Shown here piece by piece: positions 38,300-53,571 of a stretch of DNA of 64,000 nt. Under the pieces are notes generated by a model. The model was not told the origin of the DNA. It did not search any database and saw only the letters and a program-made list of their open reading frames with translations. The position numbers were made by a program, and so were the translations under genes. Origin of the DNA: Schmidtea polychroa (Eukaryota); NCBI GenBank assembly GCA_044892525.1, contig CM097885.1, positions 4,900,001 through 4,964,000 of the forward strand. The letters are read 5' to 3'. The stretch's first letter is position 1. Each line of letters begins with the position of its first letter.

Positions 38300-41179
38300 A
38301 TTATTGATTATATCTGTACTCTGTAGGCTATAATCTCAGTATATTTTGATTATTTATTTTGTTAAATTTTATTTTGGATATTTTTTTATGTCCAATAAGT
38401 TATCTCCGTACTTTATGGAGTCAGCGAATGACGCCATCATTACAGACACCTTTATCATGAGGGGCTTCGCGCTTTCGACACCCTCATTCGTCCACGCTTA
38501 AAATGATTGACGTTAATATTAATAAATATAATACTCAACTTCAACCTCCTCCTTCATAAATTCCTGGCTATGTCACTTGTCACTGAAATTGTGGGTTACA
38601 AGTTAGGATAACAATTGATGTTTATCATTTTCTTGCCGTTGTTCACACTTTACCATATTTCCCTTCGTAGCTCCGTAATACTGTTAATTTTACTGCTCCA
38701 TGCCCATCCCAAGTGCCACTGGTGCCGCAATTTAGTTGCTCGCCATCAGCTAAAGATGAGCTTCACAAGGACTGCTAATGTCCTGATGTGCCTCTGGGTT
38801 CACAGAAGTATCATAGAAGATGTAGCGTCCTATTTCATGTCTCTATAGTCATTATGTTCACTTAACCTATCTATTTGAATTTGGATTTTTACTTAAATAA
38901 ATGAAGATTTGAAGTTGAAAACGCAAGACTAAACTACCAGTGGTATCCTATCAGTGGCTAATTTCCAATTATGACGAATTTAGCTTTAAAATTTATTTTG
39001 ATTCAAAATGATTGCTTTAAATTTCATTTGGATTAAAAAACAACTTTATTTCAAATCAGGCAAGCGACAGAATCAAATGAATAAATAAATAAAAGGAAAT
39101 TTACATTAAGCATCAAATTCTCAATGTTTCCAATCGGGTAGGCTTGTTCGCGCAGATTTCAGCTTCCGGATCCTTTTGCACTTGTACTTTTTGCGACGCG
39201 GTTTTGCTGTCTTTCTTTTTTCAGTCTAGGAAGTCAATGTTCATTACGTAATAAATCAACTAATTCATTAAAACATTAAAACATGGTTGTGGTGCACTGT
39301 AATAATGGACTATTGAAATAATAATAGTACTCTCGGAATAAAAGTTGTTTCCTCGATGGGATCGTATATTTTTCCGATGCCAACGTCTGCCGGCTAGGCG
39401 AGTTCTAGCTGCGTTGCACGTAGGTTAAAATGTACATTTACTTATTTTTATTATTCTGGCAACTCCGGTTGAGTTGACATTTGAGTGCAGCCACACAATG
39501 CATAATGAATACTTAATTAACAGCAACATTTTACTTTGTGTGTATATACGATTATCTGTGTGTATTTGTTCAAGTTGCTGCGTGTTTGCATATGTCATCT
39601 GTGATGTTGTGTTGTACTGAACTGCTTGATGAGATGCATCGGTGCATCTAACGCAAAATATTTTGCTTTTTGAGTATAAGAATTCCGAGTAATTTAAGTA
39701 GTTATCTTAATATTTTCGACCTAGTAAAGTAATGCTCAAAATACAATTAATTCCTAAATATAAAAGTGTTATTATTTTGCAAGTTGGTTTTCTGTGACTC
39801 CTTGTGTTGTTTATTTAAATAAATAAATCGAAACCTAGCACAGAATAACTTTAATAAACTTCAATCAAAATTACAATTCGTCATTACATTGCCACCTTTC
39901 TCTCTAAATAATATTGCTCACTAAGGTAGACAACCCTAAGGGCATTCACCCTTTCTTGTACGAGAGTTAAACTTTGTTTTCAATTACTAGATTTCAACAT
40001 CTGATCGCTGACTGCCTTCTTCAGTTAATTTCTTTCTAGTTTCTTCGACCAACTAGTGGCTTGTTTGTTTTAAAGCTCCATTTTTATACTTTCTCTGAGA
40101 GGGCACTTATCTACAGAATTTGAGATTATTAGAAATAATTTGCTTTCAGGAATCTTCGGTAAATATTTTGGGGTAAATAATTTGTTTGCCCCGGATTGGC
40201 GCTCATGTGAGTTTGCTTCTTTATCTAATCAGTCGGTCTCAGTGGGCTTTGGATTCTCTACAGCGCTTAAGTTTCCCATTAGCTCTGGCTTCAAATAGCT
40301 CGGACTTCCCATTACAAGTTAATTAACTTTAATTAATTTTATTAAAATATGATTTATTTTGAAATAACTTAATAAAATTTACGATATTCTATTTTCCCCT
40401 CAAAATCAAAAGAGGTAGAAGGACCTGGTTGAATATTTGAATTTTGTTTTAAATATCCAAATACCACTTATAGATATTATACCTAAAAGATTTATTAAAC
40501 CAGACAATGAAATATTTATTTTCATTATAAATATAACGATTATAATATCTGAAATTCTAAAAAAATATTAAATTTATAAATAATCTTACGAAGTTTTTTT
40601 GTCATTTTTTCTACAAAAACTTTCTCTACAATGCATTTTTTTTAATAAATTGAAAATACTAATATGTTAACAATATGTTAATCACTTTTAAATTATAAAA
40701 CGAAAAAGCTACTTTAAAATTTGCTTGTATTTTGTATTATGTGTGCTGTGTTTGTATGTAAAAAATATTTTCTAACGCTTTCTCAACTTCTATATAAAAC
40801 TTTTAAATTTTGAAACATTAAATATTTACACACGGGTAAGTCTATGAGTTCCTATTCTATAACTTAATCGATTTCTTTAAATTATAGAAAATTTTACATT
40901 TCGAAATTAGGTGTAAATTATTTAATTGTCATTATTTTGTGTTTACGATTATTTATTTATTCCAACCTTTTGTATTCAAAATGTCAAATAGAAAAATTGG
41001 TGATGAGCACCAAAGTTTTAAAGGAAAGTAGGAATTGGAATACTTTTTCTGTGAAGGAAAAGATAACGTAATATGCTCGGTAGTTAAAATATTATTAATG
41101 TGGCAAAGATATATAACATTTAACGTCACTATGAACAACATAAATCAATATATGATAAATATGAATGATTAATGAGAGA

Positions 41180-41620
41180 AAAAAACACTCAATTTAATGT
41201 TTACGAAAAACTTATCGAATTGATTCAAAAGCACGATACAACGAGAAGCAAAGACATTTTTGAAAAAGTTTAAGGAATTTTGAATGACTATGATTTCGAT
41301 CTGAGTAAACTTGTATGCTTATTTACTAACAATGCAGCGAATATGTCTGGCAGGCATAATGGTGTTACTGCCAAATTACGAACGAAAATTAAGAAATTGT
41401 ATCCAGATTCATCATTTGCCCATTTTCTCTGTATAATTCATCAACAAAATTTGTGTTCAAAGACATTAAAATTGGACCGCATGCTTAGCTTGATTGCAAA
41501 AACTGTGAAATTTATCAAAAGGAAATTCTGTCAGCTGTTAAAAGACATGAATAATGAGTCCACAGGTGTTCCATTCTTTCAAGTGCTGACTGGCGCTTAG
41601 TGACGTATATATGATTGAAA
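41180..41620 (+). mobile_element. hAT (Buster/GTF2IRD2-like) transposase fragment
   Basis: DLSKLVCLFTNNAANMSGRHNGV...HFLCIIHQQNLCSK, a degenerate D(G)A..M.G and C.xH motif. Confidence 0.75.
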
Positions 41621-43291
41621 TGTGAGGCTGCTTTGCACTCAGTTGTTGATAAGTTGATGGAATAGGATGAATTCTTATAAAAAAAGGTTTTAACGTGGAA
41701 CTACTTTCATTTATTGAAATATGCTGAATTAAGTTTTTATATTGGTGCCGCTCCACCATATTTGTTTCTCAGGGAAATATTAGCTACTGTCTAAGTCAGA
41801 ACAATTATTAAAGTTATATTTAGTGATCAAGTGATCTTGTTTCTACATGAGTAGATTCATAAATAAAGAAAATAAAATAAGTCCAAGCAACGTATATAAG
41901 AATAGAACCGACGTAAAGTCACTTATTGAATGTTAGTGTATGTAGAAAGTAAAAGCTGGCTACATCAGTAGTAGACCTCCATTTCCCTATTGTGTACCTA
42001 AAAACTAATCTATGTTTATATATTTAATTGCTCCCAATGCAGAATGACCTTAAATCAGCCACCAAGAAATACCATTTTGCCACCATAATTAAAATAAAAA
42101 TTATTTTCATTATCATTTAAATTGTTAAATTTCCGCGTTAGGGCCAGAAACAACAAAAGACACAAAAGAATCATTAGAAATATTAATTTTAATTATCTAT
42201 TTAATATTAAAAATTTGGACAATAATAAATGAAATTTATAAATTGCGCTTTAATATTAGCTTGTTTACAATTTTGTTTAAATAATCATTTATTCTGCTTT
42301 ATACTTGTCGGGTTGCGCTCTACAAAATGGATATTCTTTTCTAATATTTATTATTACAAACTCCTGGGTTCCCGATGCAGGAATGCTGACAATTGGCAGC
42401 GGTCCAGTTGAACCAATGAAACCATCACAAATAATGACCAACCAATCAGAATATATTAAAAACAAATTATTCCGCTTATACTGGCAAATCCACATGCAAA
42501 TCCTTTTGCCAAAGCTGTTGATTATATTACCTTCAAGTTACTAGTATGGATAAGGAGGAAAATATAAAAATCAAGTTAAGTCAAAGGAGTAAAGAAAAGA
42601 GGTGATTATTGTTGCGGGACGTGCAAAACCAAAGTGGTTACAGAGAAACTTATTGAATAGTCAGAATAGGCATTTTATAACGATATTTGACGTTTTTAAA
42701 TAGTAGATTATACGAATTTCAATACAAATATACGCTGAGTGTTTTTTATGTAATTGTTTTCACAGATCACGTGGATTCAGAAACACTGACATTAATATTT
42801 ATCTAATTAAAACTCAACACTATAATATATAGGAAAAGGGAAATCAAATATCAAAATACAATTACATCACATTATGTAGCATTATTGTTATGGAACCTTA
42901 AGACAACTCTCTCCATCAACAAATAGAACATGCTCCAAGCCTTTATCATGGACCCTCATATTGTAGCCTATTTATTCATAAATTATTTTCTAATAAAATG
43001 ACTTTATATAGCCAATATCTTCCTTCTCTCTTTTCATAGAAAATTTCCTATGTCCCCGGTCCTAATTCATTTAAAAGAATAACGATCTATGGACAGATAT
43101 TAATATGATAAATGTCAACTCTTGCTGCGATAAAGGTCAGAGTAAGTGCCATTTCTACAATAAATATGACAGATTTTCTATATTAAGCACTCCATCATTC
43201 TCAATAATGCGCAATTACAGCACAACTAGACCTATTGTTATAGAAATTGCTATATATATATATTCACACCAGCCTGATTTGAAGGGTGAAA

Positions 43292-44812
43292 ATGGACCTA
43301 AGTTTCTATGTTAATTGTATCTTGATTTTTCTATTTATCTGCTGCTGGATCTTCAAGAAAGATTCGGTGCCGGAAGGATTGAAAGAAGTTCCAACTGAAT
43401 ATGGTTTGCCTTTAATTGGGATGATCCATAAAATTGAACCTACTCTGCCCCATTTATTATTGAAAGTCGGTAAAAAACTGGGACCGATATTCAGCATAAA
43501 ATTAGGAATGAGAAAGGTATTCGTGCTGAACAGTTACGACTCGATCAAAAAGGCTCTAGTAGATGATGGAAAAAACTTCTCAGGCCGATGGAAAACAAAA
43601 TATATTTTCTCGGATTTTATTCATGATTCCGGAATCCTTTTCACTGATGGACCTTTATGGGAAACTCAAAGGTCTTTTGTCTTGAAGGTTCTACGAGATT
43701 TTGGTTTCGGGAGACGCATATCTGTTGAAATTGTTCAAGATGAATGTTCAGAATTAGTTGATGAATTAGATTCCCAATTGGGTCAGATTGTTAACTTTGC
43801 TGAATTGATCCCAATCTATTCTATGAATATAATATCCAAATTCATAACAAACAGACGGTACACGAGAGACGACCCAACGATTCAATTAATAGAAGAATCT
43901 GCAAGACAAATGCTTAAAAACAAAGATATAGCGCAATTCATATTATTAATGTTTCCCATTTTTGAGCAGTCCACTTTGATTGCAAAATTATTGCAACTTA
44001 CATCTTCATGGAAGTCCTTTATTTCAGTTCAGAATTACTTTGTAGAAGAAATTGAGATGCATCGAACATCTCTTGATTTTAATTCGGAAGGAGAAGACCT
44101 AATTGACCGGTTCCTAATAATGCAACACCAACTGATGCAATCAACTGGAAACGTCGAGACCTTCGTTGATTGGCAAATGATTCGAAATGCCACTGAACTA
44201 TTTATCGCAGGATCGGAAACAAGTTCAACAACGCTTGTTTGGAGTTGCCTTTTCATGTCTAGACATCTTGATATTCAGAAAAAGGTTCATGATGAGATAA
44301 TGGAAATAATCGGGAAAGAACGCCTACCAACGATGGATGATAAAAAATCTCTGAATTATACTCAAGCTGTAATGGATGAAATATTGAGATTAAGCTCGGT
44401 GGTTCCTTTGTCTTTATTCCACAGAACCTTCCAAGACACCAATTTAAATGGATATTACATTCCTAAAAATTCAATGATCTTCCCTAACTTGTTTGCATGC
44501 CATGTGGATCCGGATCTCTGGAAGAATCCGATGACTTTTTATCCAGAACACTTCCTCAATTTGGAAAGTGACGGGACGTTAAATTACCGACCAAGAGAGG
44601 AACTAATTCCATTTGGTATTGGGAAACGGCAGTGCCTTGGAGAGTCACTTGCAAGAATAGAATTCTTTATTTTCTTTGTGAGAATGATGCAATTATTCAA
44701 AATAGGTTTCACAGAAGAGATAAGTGACGAACAATATTCCAAAGTTCTAATCAGTGAGGATGCGCCTGTCAAGAGTTGTAATATTACTAATTATATATTT
44801 AACAGATATTAG
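43292..44812 (+). CDS. Cytochrome P450, clan 2 (CYP2-like), single exon, ~506 aa
   Basis: N-terminal TM anchor, GLPLIG, WETQR, AGSETS, EILR, PEHF, PFGIGKRQCLGESLA heme motif. Confidence 0.96.
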   Translation: MDLSFYVNCILIFLFICCWIFKKDSVPEGLKEVPTEYGLPLIGMIHKIEPTLPHLLLKVGKKLGPIFSIKLGMRKVFVLNSYDSIKKALVDDGKNFSGRWKTKYIFSDFIHDSGILFTDGPLWETQRSFVLKVLRDFGFGRRISVEIVQDECSELVDELDSQLGQIVNFAELIPIYSMNIISKFITNRRYTRDDPTIQLIEESARQMLKNKDIAQFILLMFPIFEQSTLIAKLLQLTSSWKSFISVQNYFVEEIEMHRTSLDFNSEGEDLIDRFLIMQHQLMQSTGNVETFVDWQMIRNATELFIAGSETSSTTLVWSCLFMSRHLDIQKKVHDEIMEIIGKERLPTMDDKKSLNYTQAVMDEILRLSSVVPLSLFHRTFQDTNLNGYYIPKNSMIFPNLFACHVDPDLWKNPMTFYPEHFLNLESDGTLNYRPREELIPFGIGKRQCLGESLARIEFFIFFVRMMQLFKIGFTEEISDEQYSKVLISEDAPVKSCNITNYIFNRY

Positions 44813-47725
44813 ATAATGAAGTGTAAGTTGGAGGCTTTTAGTTTATATTTATTAATAATTTGTATTATTTTGTTGTGATAAATTATATGGATAATTATAT
44901 TCATACTTTGTGATGTTTGATATAAGAGGTAAGGGACATAGTCTACAATCGTTTATTCTAGGGGGTGAGGGTGATTAGTTGATGACACTAACGAAAGTTT
45001 CATGATAAATAATAATACTGTTGGGTTTTTGCTAATTCAAGTCTGTAACCTCTGACTCCTCTTGTCCTTTTAATCAAATCAATGAACTACCCAACGTATA
45101 TTTGATTCACAAAAATATATATCTCTCAATAATCAATAACCAAATGTCAAGTGTGGCCGATTCTCCACTCAGTGCTTTGACAAATGATAATATTCACCTT
45201 TTAATTCTTTAGCTTCTCTTGACCTTTTCCTTTTCAATTTGATTTCATTCCTTTTCACTTTTTACGTATCTCCTATTCTATAATTTCTTTTTCTCTAAAC
45301 TTCTTAATTCGTCTTTTCCCTTTGCATATCCTCGTTTTCTTCTAACCCTAGGTGAATCTAAATGCCGATTACTTTGAATTTTGACTTTTCTTTTATACTA
45401 GAATAATAACTTTGATTAATCAGTTTTGACCGGATTGCTCCTATTTGACAACCGGCTCGTTGAACGTTGTTTGAACCATTTCACGATTAATTGGCTCCCT
45501 TTGCTACTCCTTCGTAATAGTCCTAACTTTGTTTGTCTCAATTAATCATATTGTCATGATAATGACCTTCCGAGATTCTCATTTTGTTTACTTTTCATGT
45601 TAATCGAGCTCGGGTTTCCACCTTTCGGTTTCTCCATTGGCTCGGGTTTCTTATTAGCTCAAGTTTTCTATTAGCTAATTAATTAATTAATAAACGATTT
45701 TCTGTTTTAACACATTCGAATCCTTTTTGACCCTTTCTAACCATTTTCTGATAAATCCCTAATTATCATCTTGTTGACCATTATCTAATCTATTATCAAT
45801 TCAATTTCGATAACTTTACAATTCATTGATTTTTTCTGATTTCCGGATTCTTGCCTTTCGCAAATGCTTTTGACATTTCCTAATACTGCTTCCATTACAG
45901 ATTCCTTTACTATCAATTATGTGCATGATCACGCTTTTATTTGTATTTTTCATTCAACCTACATTTTATTTAAATTTATTTTAATTTACTGACCTCAAAA
46001 ATACTCACGGCTTAGATACGTTCCTGAAAAGTTGGCTGTAAAACGATTCATATATTTTTTACACTCCATACAAATTCAAAGAGCTATTATAAAAACTTTT
46101 CAATTTTCACCTCTGATCTCTTTTCAATTGACATTGCATTGATAAGAAAATGTTTGACTATGAATCAGTAAGGATATAGTTGATGTAATGGCAAAGAAAG
46201 ATAGGACGAAAACAGAACTGTAAAAGGGTACACGAAATGGAAAAATGCGCAAATCTGAGGAATTGTGATAAAGTGAAATGTTATCGAAATTGAAATTGGA
46301 AAACGGAAGTGGTGTTGATTAGGGTAGAATACAAAAGACAGTGAGCAAGAAATATTTATAAACTTTTTCGAAAGGGTTAAAAAACAGGCAAATATGGAAA
46401 ACATAAACTATTAATTAATTAATTAATTAATTGGCAAATTGAAAACCCGAGCTAATGAGAAGTCCGAACCAATTGAGAATCCGAGCGATGAAGAAAACCC
46501 AAGCGCGGCAATTTGGGAGAACAGATAAACTGGGGTTTTTTAGAGCAATTAGCAAAACAGTCCGATAAACGAGGGTAAACAAAAGAAGGAGAATTATTAA
46601 AAAAGTCAACAGAAATAACTAATTAATGATCAACAACTAAGGAAGTCGTTTAAATGAAAAAAAAATTAGGTCAAAAACGAAGCAATTACAACGATTATTG
46701 GAGTATATAAGGAAACTCAAAATTAAGATAATCGGCAGCAACCTCAGATAGGGACGAAGAAAACGAGAATAGAGAATTAAGGAAAAGAAACTAAAATTGA
46801 ATAAGGGAATTACAAAAAGAACTAAAGGGTCAGGACGAACGAGAATATCAAAGGAAGTCGGATCAAAGAGTGGAAGAGGAAAAAAAGTGAAACTTATTTT
46901 AAATCGCACAGTGCCGAGACTTTCCGGAGCAAAGTTAGATCAGGCGTGTAAACGAAATTTCTATCATTTATTAAGTTGTAAATTTGTTAAAAACAAATAT
47001 AAGACGTTAGGAGTTTGTGTTTATCGATTTTAGGACATGTGGAGTCAGAGTTACCAAAGGTCGACTTTTTAGTATCATAAAACCCAACATATATATTTTG
47101 GTGAGCCCGACGTAATCAAACCTTGGTGGACGAATAATGAATAGTGAAAAGAGGTGATTAAAGGAAATCAAAGTGGTAAATTTTAAAATAATCAAAAATC
47201 TGGAGAATTGAAAGAGGTAGATTGATTATTAATTTTAATATTTAGCAGTGAGTGAATAAAATTTGAGAAATCGAAAAGTAATGATGAACAGAAATAAAGC
47301 CTAATTGATAGACTTTGCTAGTTGTCAAAAATTACCGGTGAATCAGTATAAAGAAGACCCAATTGAGATTGGCGATTTTATGGGTGATTATTATATGTAC
47401 GCTACAGCCTATGGGTGGTCACAAACTTCTATGGTACATGGTCAAACCTTTTAATAAATACAATGTCAATCAAAAAGGAAACAGTGGTGAAATTTGAGAA
47501 AAAGTTCTTTTAAAATATAATAATGATAAACAAAAATAAATTATAAATAAACTATAGTAAAACTTTATAAAATATAAAAATTGTAACTAGAAATTAATTA
47601 TAAAAGAGTAATAAAAATAAAATCTTATATAAACTCTTAATGCTTATTTGCCACTATAAAATCTTATATAATATTGACAATTTATCAGTAGTTTATTAAT
47701 GATATATTTAAAATCGAAAATTTAG

Positions 47726-47756
<31 letters not shown>

Positions 47757-49359
47757 CATGTTTGTTTACCAACTTTTCTTTTATACAAATTGTGACTAGA
47801 TAGCAGCACGTTTTTGTTTCTAAACCATTTACATCATGATCTCATTAAATTACTCGATATTAACCACCTAAATAAACATTTTATATACAATTTCTAATTA
47901 AAAAGATTGTAAATAAATCTGAGTGAATAAAATAAAAAAAGGCTTCAGCAAATGATAAAACAACAAAAATAGAAACATGCATTATTGATTATAACAAAGT
48001 AACATCAATCACAAAATCAGAATTTTCATTGATTACTGCAAGTTCTTTGGTAAAATATTTCATCAGTTCTCTCTTGCGCTTTTCTAGGCCAGCTTCAAAT
48101 GATTTACTATTTTCTTTTTCTCCTCCATAGAATGCCGCATTCCCCCTTTCATTACTGATTCTCTAAAATTAGCAATTACTTTCCTGGAGGCTGTGCAGCC
48201 GAATGTCAGCACAAATTTTCTTCAAATCAATATAAACTTCAGGGAATTGACTTGCTTCCTCAAATGTGCTTTTCTCTTCCTCAAATCGCTTCTAAATCTC
48301 CACACCTTTAGGACTTATTGATTCTTGAACCCTGCCTTTATCTCGATGAGTTTCTGATCCATGTAATCATTGACATTAAGATGATGGCCAACTTGATCCG
48401 TTAAATTCTGAATGGCTTGACAATGTTCCACAGATTCCTCCTGCAATGTCAGACAAATCCTCTCATCTTCATTCAAATACTTGACAGCCATTCGATTCTC
48501 GAATTCCAACAATTTTATATCACTTTTCTATCAACTAAATAGCTTCGGTTTATATCAATTTACCCATACCAAAACTTCAGAGTTCCTTTTTAAATCTTCG
48601 TTTTGTTTTGTGTTCCTCTAATTCCTCTCCTCTGATTTGGGTCTTCTCTTCAATAACAGATATCACGTTTGATATAAGGTCGCAAATGACCATCGTAATT
48701 CAGCAGATATTCGTGATTTCTTGACGAATTTCTCATTTGACTAAGCCTGGGAACTGGAATGAGAGGTCAATTATCTACGAAGTACGACAAAGTCTAAGTT
48801 TATTTAAAAGTATGTCAGTTTTGTTTTGATATCCTACACAATTAATATTAGCTCCAATGGATGTTGCCAAACATTTATATCATATAAATGATGATTATTA
48901 TAATGATAATACAATAACCATTATCACATTATAATAACAAAAGAAACATGGTCAAGATGAAAGGATTTGGTTATCAAGTCAGTCCTTATTGCTGTATGAC
49001 AAATACAACAAATGATACAAAGAATAGCCAAGATTAACGAGAAAGTGATGCTAAGGAAGCAGTTACAAATGTCCTATCAATGGAATAAATTATTGTGGAA
49101 TTTTGCCATAAAATAATCTTATCGAAATCTACATAAATCTTATATAATCTATTTTGAATCAATCGTAAGCTAGATTCAATCCGTGATGAATTGTTGAGGC
49201 GATTTGTCAGCGCTTATATTCGGATGAATTTTAATTGGATTATTTCTTTCACATTAATTATAAATTTAATTATAATAAATATAATAATAATATCGGATGG
49301 AAGGCGCTGGGGAAGATAATGACAATGATTATCACAATAATTATGTCATATAATAAATC

Positions 49360-49397
<38 letters not shown>

Positions 49398-49464
49398 GGC
49401 AAATAAAAAGTCAGATCAAAAGCCAAAATAAATCAATTTTTTATTGAAATAATTTTTTAATTTT

Positions 49465-49755
49465 TCATAATTTTTCAATTCTGCACCTGAATATTTTATT
49501 GACTTGCTCATATAAATGCTGTCATTTACTGGATCGATCACATCGATTGTTTGAACGGCCAATCCAATTGCTCATCATTTGCCCCACGCATCAAACAGAA
49601 ATCAACCTCAACCCAATTACATCCAATCCTCACCGCCATTCACATTTTGTAACCGATTGGCACGGAATAAAATGCCTCGCTGTAAATCAATTTATTTCTC
49701 TTGTGAAAATGTATCGATTTGCCATTCAAAAAATCCATAATTTATATATCTGCCT
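49465..49755 (-). pseudogene. TRAF-like MATH-exon fragment
   Basis: Reverse complement matches 61235-61635 with internal deletions. Confidence 0.8.
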
Positions 49756-50613
49756 GGTTGTCTTATTGTCTTATATTTTTTATATTTTCAGGATTTGAAG
49801 ATAAATTTTGGTTTTTATTAATAATTAAAATTCATTCATAAAATTTATCAAATTTCTGAATTTAAATATTAATTTACATGAAATCTTTTTTGTTTTAATA
49901 ATATTGTATTTGAAAATTTAGCGAATGAGAAAGTGAATAAATTTATGAAATGTTACATTATTTAATATTAAATCATTTCATTAGCTATTAAAAAGGATCT
50001 CATTAGAAATGCAAATATTATTATCATTATTATATTAGCAATAATATTATTAGCAAATCGGACACGAGACCTTTAAGAGATCCAAATTTCATGATAGATG
50101 CAAAGCAAAAATTAATTAAAGCAATTCATTTAATGATTAAAAGAATGCGTAACAGAATTTGATAGAGTTTAGAAAGCACCGATTGACCTCATCGCATCGA
50201 CAGCTCTCATTTTGGTAAACTTACCCAAACTGATGTGAAAACAATTTGGAACATTTTATCAGTATTGTTGTTGCGGATTGCGTTGAAATGCCTCACAAAT
50301 AGCTGGCGAAGGTGAAATGTTAAGGCATTAATCAATTTGATATAAGGCAATTTTAGTATTGCATTTAGGTGCATTTTACTGCCATTCAATACAGCAATAA
50401 TTTCTCCACAACTCATATAACATCAGCAGCAGCAGCGATGGCGGGTTTCTCGTCGGTTCCATTCGTCATAGGAGCGCTTGATTTGTTGAGAATGACAATG
50501 ATTATCACAATAATTAGCTCATATAATAAATCAATAATAATAATAAGGCAAATAATAAATCAGATCAAAAGCAAAAATAAATCAATTTTTTATTGAAATG
50601 TTTTTTAAATTTG

Positions 50614-51855
50614 TCATAATTTGTTAGTTCTGCACCTGAGCAGCAATTTATCACTTTGGGCTGCGAATTTATAGATTGAGCTGATATAAGGACCAATATA
50701 AATAACAATTGGATCATTTCTGTCATTTAACGGTTCTCCCATCCGGTTGCATCAGGGCGATCTGATTATTTTATTGACTTGCTTTGATAAATTCTGCCAT
50801 TTGCTTGATCGATCACATCGATTGACACAGATTGATTGAACGGCCAATCCATTTGCTCACCAATTGCCCCACACATCAAACAGAAAGCAACATCAACCCC
50901 AAATGCTTTAATCCACACCGCCAAGCACATTTTGTGACCGATTGGCCCGGAATAAAATGCCTAGCTGTAAATATATTCTTTTCTATTTTGTTGAGAAAAT
51001 TTATTGAGAAAATCCGTAATTTATATATTTTTCACTTCCTAATTTTGTTTCAATCGGCCGAATTTCATTGACGCATTTCGCCATTTCAAGTTGCAACTGA
51101 ATCTCAAATTCAAACATTTCAATACATCAATAAATAACCTTTTCATTTTCCCGTTGCAGCCACTGGTAACATTTCTCTTTCATCTCATCAATTTGCTGTA
51201 TGATCTGCTTTGTATCAAAAACAAATCAATAATCAAACTTGATTGATTGATCCAATATTTGTCTCCATCTCCATCCTCAATGAGCGATTCTCATTCTTCA
51301 ATGCCACCATTTCCTCATTCAACTCTTCTATTTCTGCTCTGTTCTTCGGCTCTTTCCTTTCAATATTAGACAATTTCACCTCCAATCACAAATATCAACA
51401 AAATTAATTACAATTAAAATTTTACATTGATATTGGTAATTTCGTTACGCAATTTGATAGTCTCATCTCTCATTGCTTGCATCTCATTGCATTGCTGATC
51501 TGATCAATCAGTCGTTTGCTATGGCATACATTGTTTTCATTGAGATGGAATTTCATTTCGTCCTCCGCTACTTCATTCATTTGACATCCCATTCTATTGA
51601 ATGGACATCTGATTTGCTGTTTGTTGCATGTTCTCATGTGGCTCTCCATCATCTCTAATCTATATTTGAATTGACAATTTTGCATTTGGCATCTCACTAT
51701 CACTTCTGAGATCCTTAAACTAATCGCCTGATCTTAATAAACATCCTCATTGAAATTTATCATTTTCTTTCCGCAATGTTTTGCTGCTCCTTGACAGAAT
51801 TTATCTTTTCCATCCAAATAATGCTCAATGCAATCAGAACAAAAGCCACAGCCGC
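50614..51855 (-). pseudogene. TRAF-like gene copy, 5'-truncated, with premature stop
   Basis: Inverted paralogue of 60345-61635; in-frame TAA near 51735; RING cut at 51855 by non-LTR sequence. Confidence 0.85.
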
Positions 51856-52612
51856 CAAAATAAAGATACTAAGTCTACTACTAGAATGTTATAAAGAATG
51901 CCACACTGTATACCAAAGTGGTATAACAAAATCCAGCGAAATAAAACATGTAAAAGGAGTAAATCAAGGATGCCCATTGTCAATGACAATCTTCAGTCTG
52001 TGTATGCAATACCTGATACAAGCAGCATAGATAGTGAAAAAGGCGTCCAATTTGCAGGAGAAAATTAGCATCATAGCTTCCAATACTCAAACGGGAAAAA
52101 TGCGGATATTACATCAACATAAACGACAACGTTGGCTGGGAGAACAACATCTATCTAAATGAAATTAAAACTGCGAAGATAAACGAAGAGAACCTATACA
52201 CATACTTGGGGGTCTCAGTAGGAAATACTAGAAAAATGAGCTAAATGAGATCTTGGAAGAGGTAGGAAATTAAGCACTAGACATATTTGAATCACTCCTA
52301 AGAGCTCAACAGAAGATTGAAGCCTATAATACCTTCTGCCATTCAAAATTCATATTTGTCCTACAGGCAGAAGAAATAACAAAAACTCATGCCGAGAACT
52401 TTGATGATAAGAAAATTCCTAAAAACCTGAAGGATTACGAATGGCGCTTAATAATTAAGGCTAGAGCTAACATTCTAGAACTTAATATGAAGCAGCCCAA
52501 CCAATGAGGAAGATTAGGATCCACTAAATGCAGGAACTACGAAAACCCTCACGAATCATCAATACACGTGCTAAACATGTGTGTAAGAGGAACAAGGATG
52601 AGGACTGTAATG
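51856..52612 (+). mobile_element. Non-LTR retrotransposon (R2/NeSL-like) RT and CCHC relic
   Basis: KGVNQGCPLSMTIFSLCM, YTYLGV, WRLIIKARANIL, CR...ES..HVLNMC. Confidence 0.8.
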
Positions 52613-53571
52613 TATTGTAATATCTTATTTTTTTATTTGTTAGTTATATGGTTTAATGTAAATTACAATCTCACACGTTGCACGTGGAGAAGAATTTGTT
52701 TTTTATATATATTTTTTTATTAAAGAAACTATTTAGCGACAATTATCGCTATAGAAAATTGATTGAAAAGAAAAATAATCAATAACATTAAGATTCCAGT
52801 TGAATTTATTAATGAAACAAATAATTACCTTTCTGAAAATTGGGTATCAAACGGAAATATTAATTTAGAAAATTTCTCTTTCAATATAACACAAATCATC
52901 TCCGGAAGAACAATCCATTCAAATCTAATATAAACAATATCCATCAAATAACCAAGAATATTCAATTCGAAGTTAATATCTACCAATATTCATCGAACAA
53001 CAAGGACTATCCTAAACAAACTTAAGATACATTAGTTGATTGTAAAAATTAATTGTTCTATTCTATTTTATTATTTTTATTATTCACCTTTCTTTTTTGG
53101 TTATACAAAACAATACATACACGCACCCCGATTGTCCCGCTACAACGGTGACTCTTTCGGATTCTTCGAGCTTCTAGTAATATAGTATCGTGAATATCAC
53201 AGAAAGGACAAACAAACACAATGAAATACAAAAAGCACTAGAAAAGATATTGAGAATCAAGGGAGTAAACTTCGAAACAGAGAAAAAAACCCAAAGAGGC
53301 CAATTAAATCCTAAAGCTTGACATTGTGGTAAGAACAAAGGAACAAATAATGATAATCGTTATAAAATGCCATATTGACGACAATACAACTATAGTAGCA
53401 TCCAGAACAAAAAATCAAACTAAATATCGAAAATTTGCACAAGATATACAGTTAGAAAGATATACATCAGTTGAAACATTCGCAGTTTGATCCCTCAGAA
53501 CATGGGATAAACGGAATGTAATGTACAATCTTATTCTTTTTTATTCCTAAGCAACGGTACGTGACGTACTG

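Noticed and set aside
48000..48800. Coiled-coil ORF fragments on the minus strand
   Set aside because: Broken and without a recognisable motif; probably a TE relic but unclassifiable by eye
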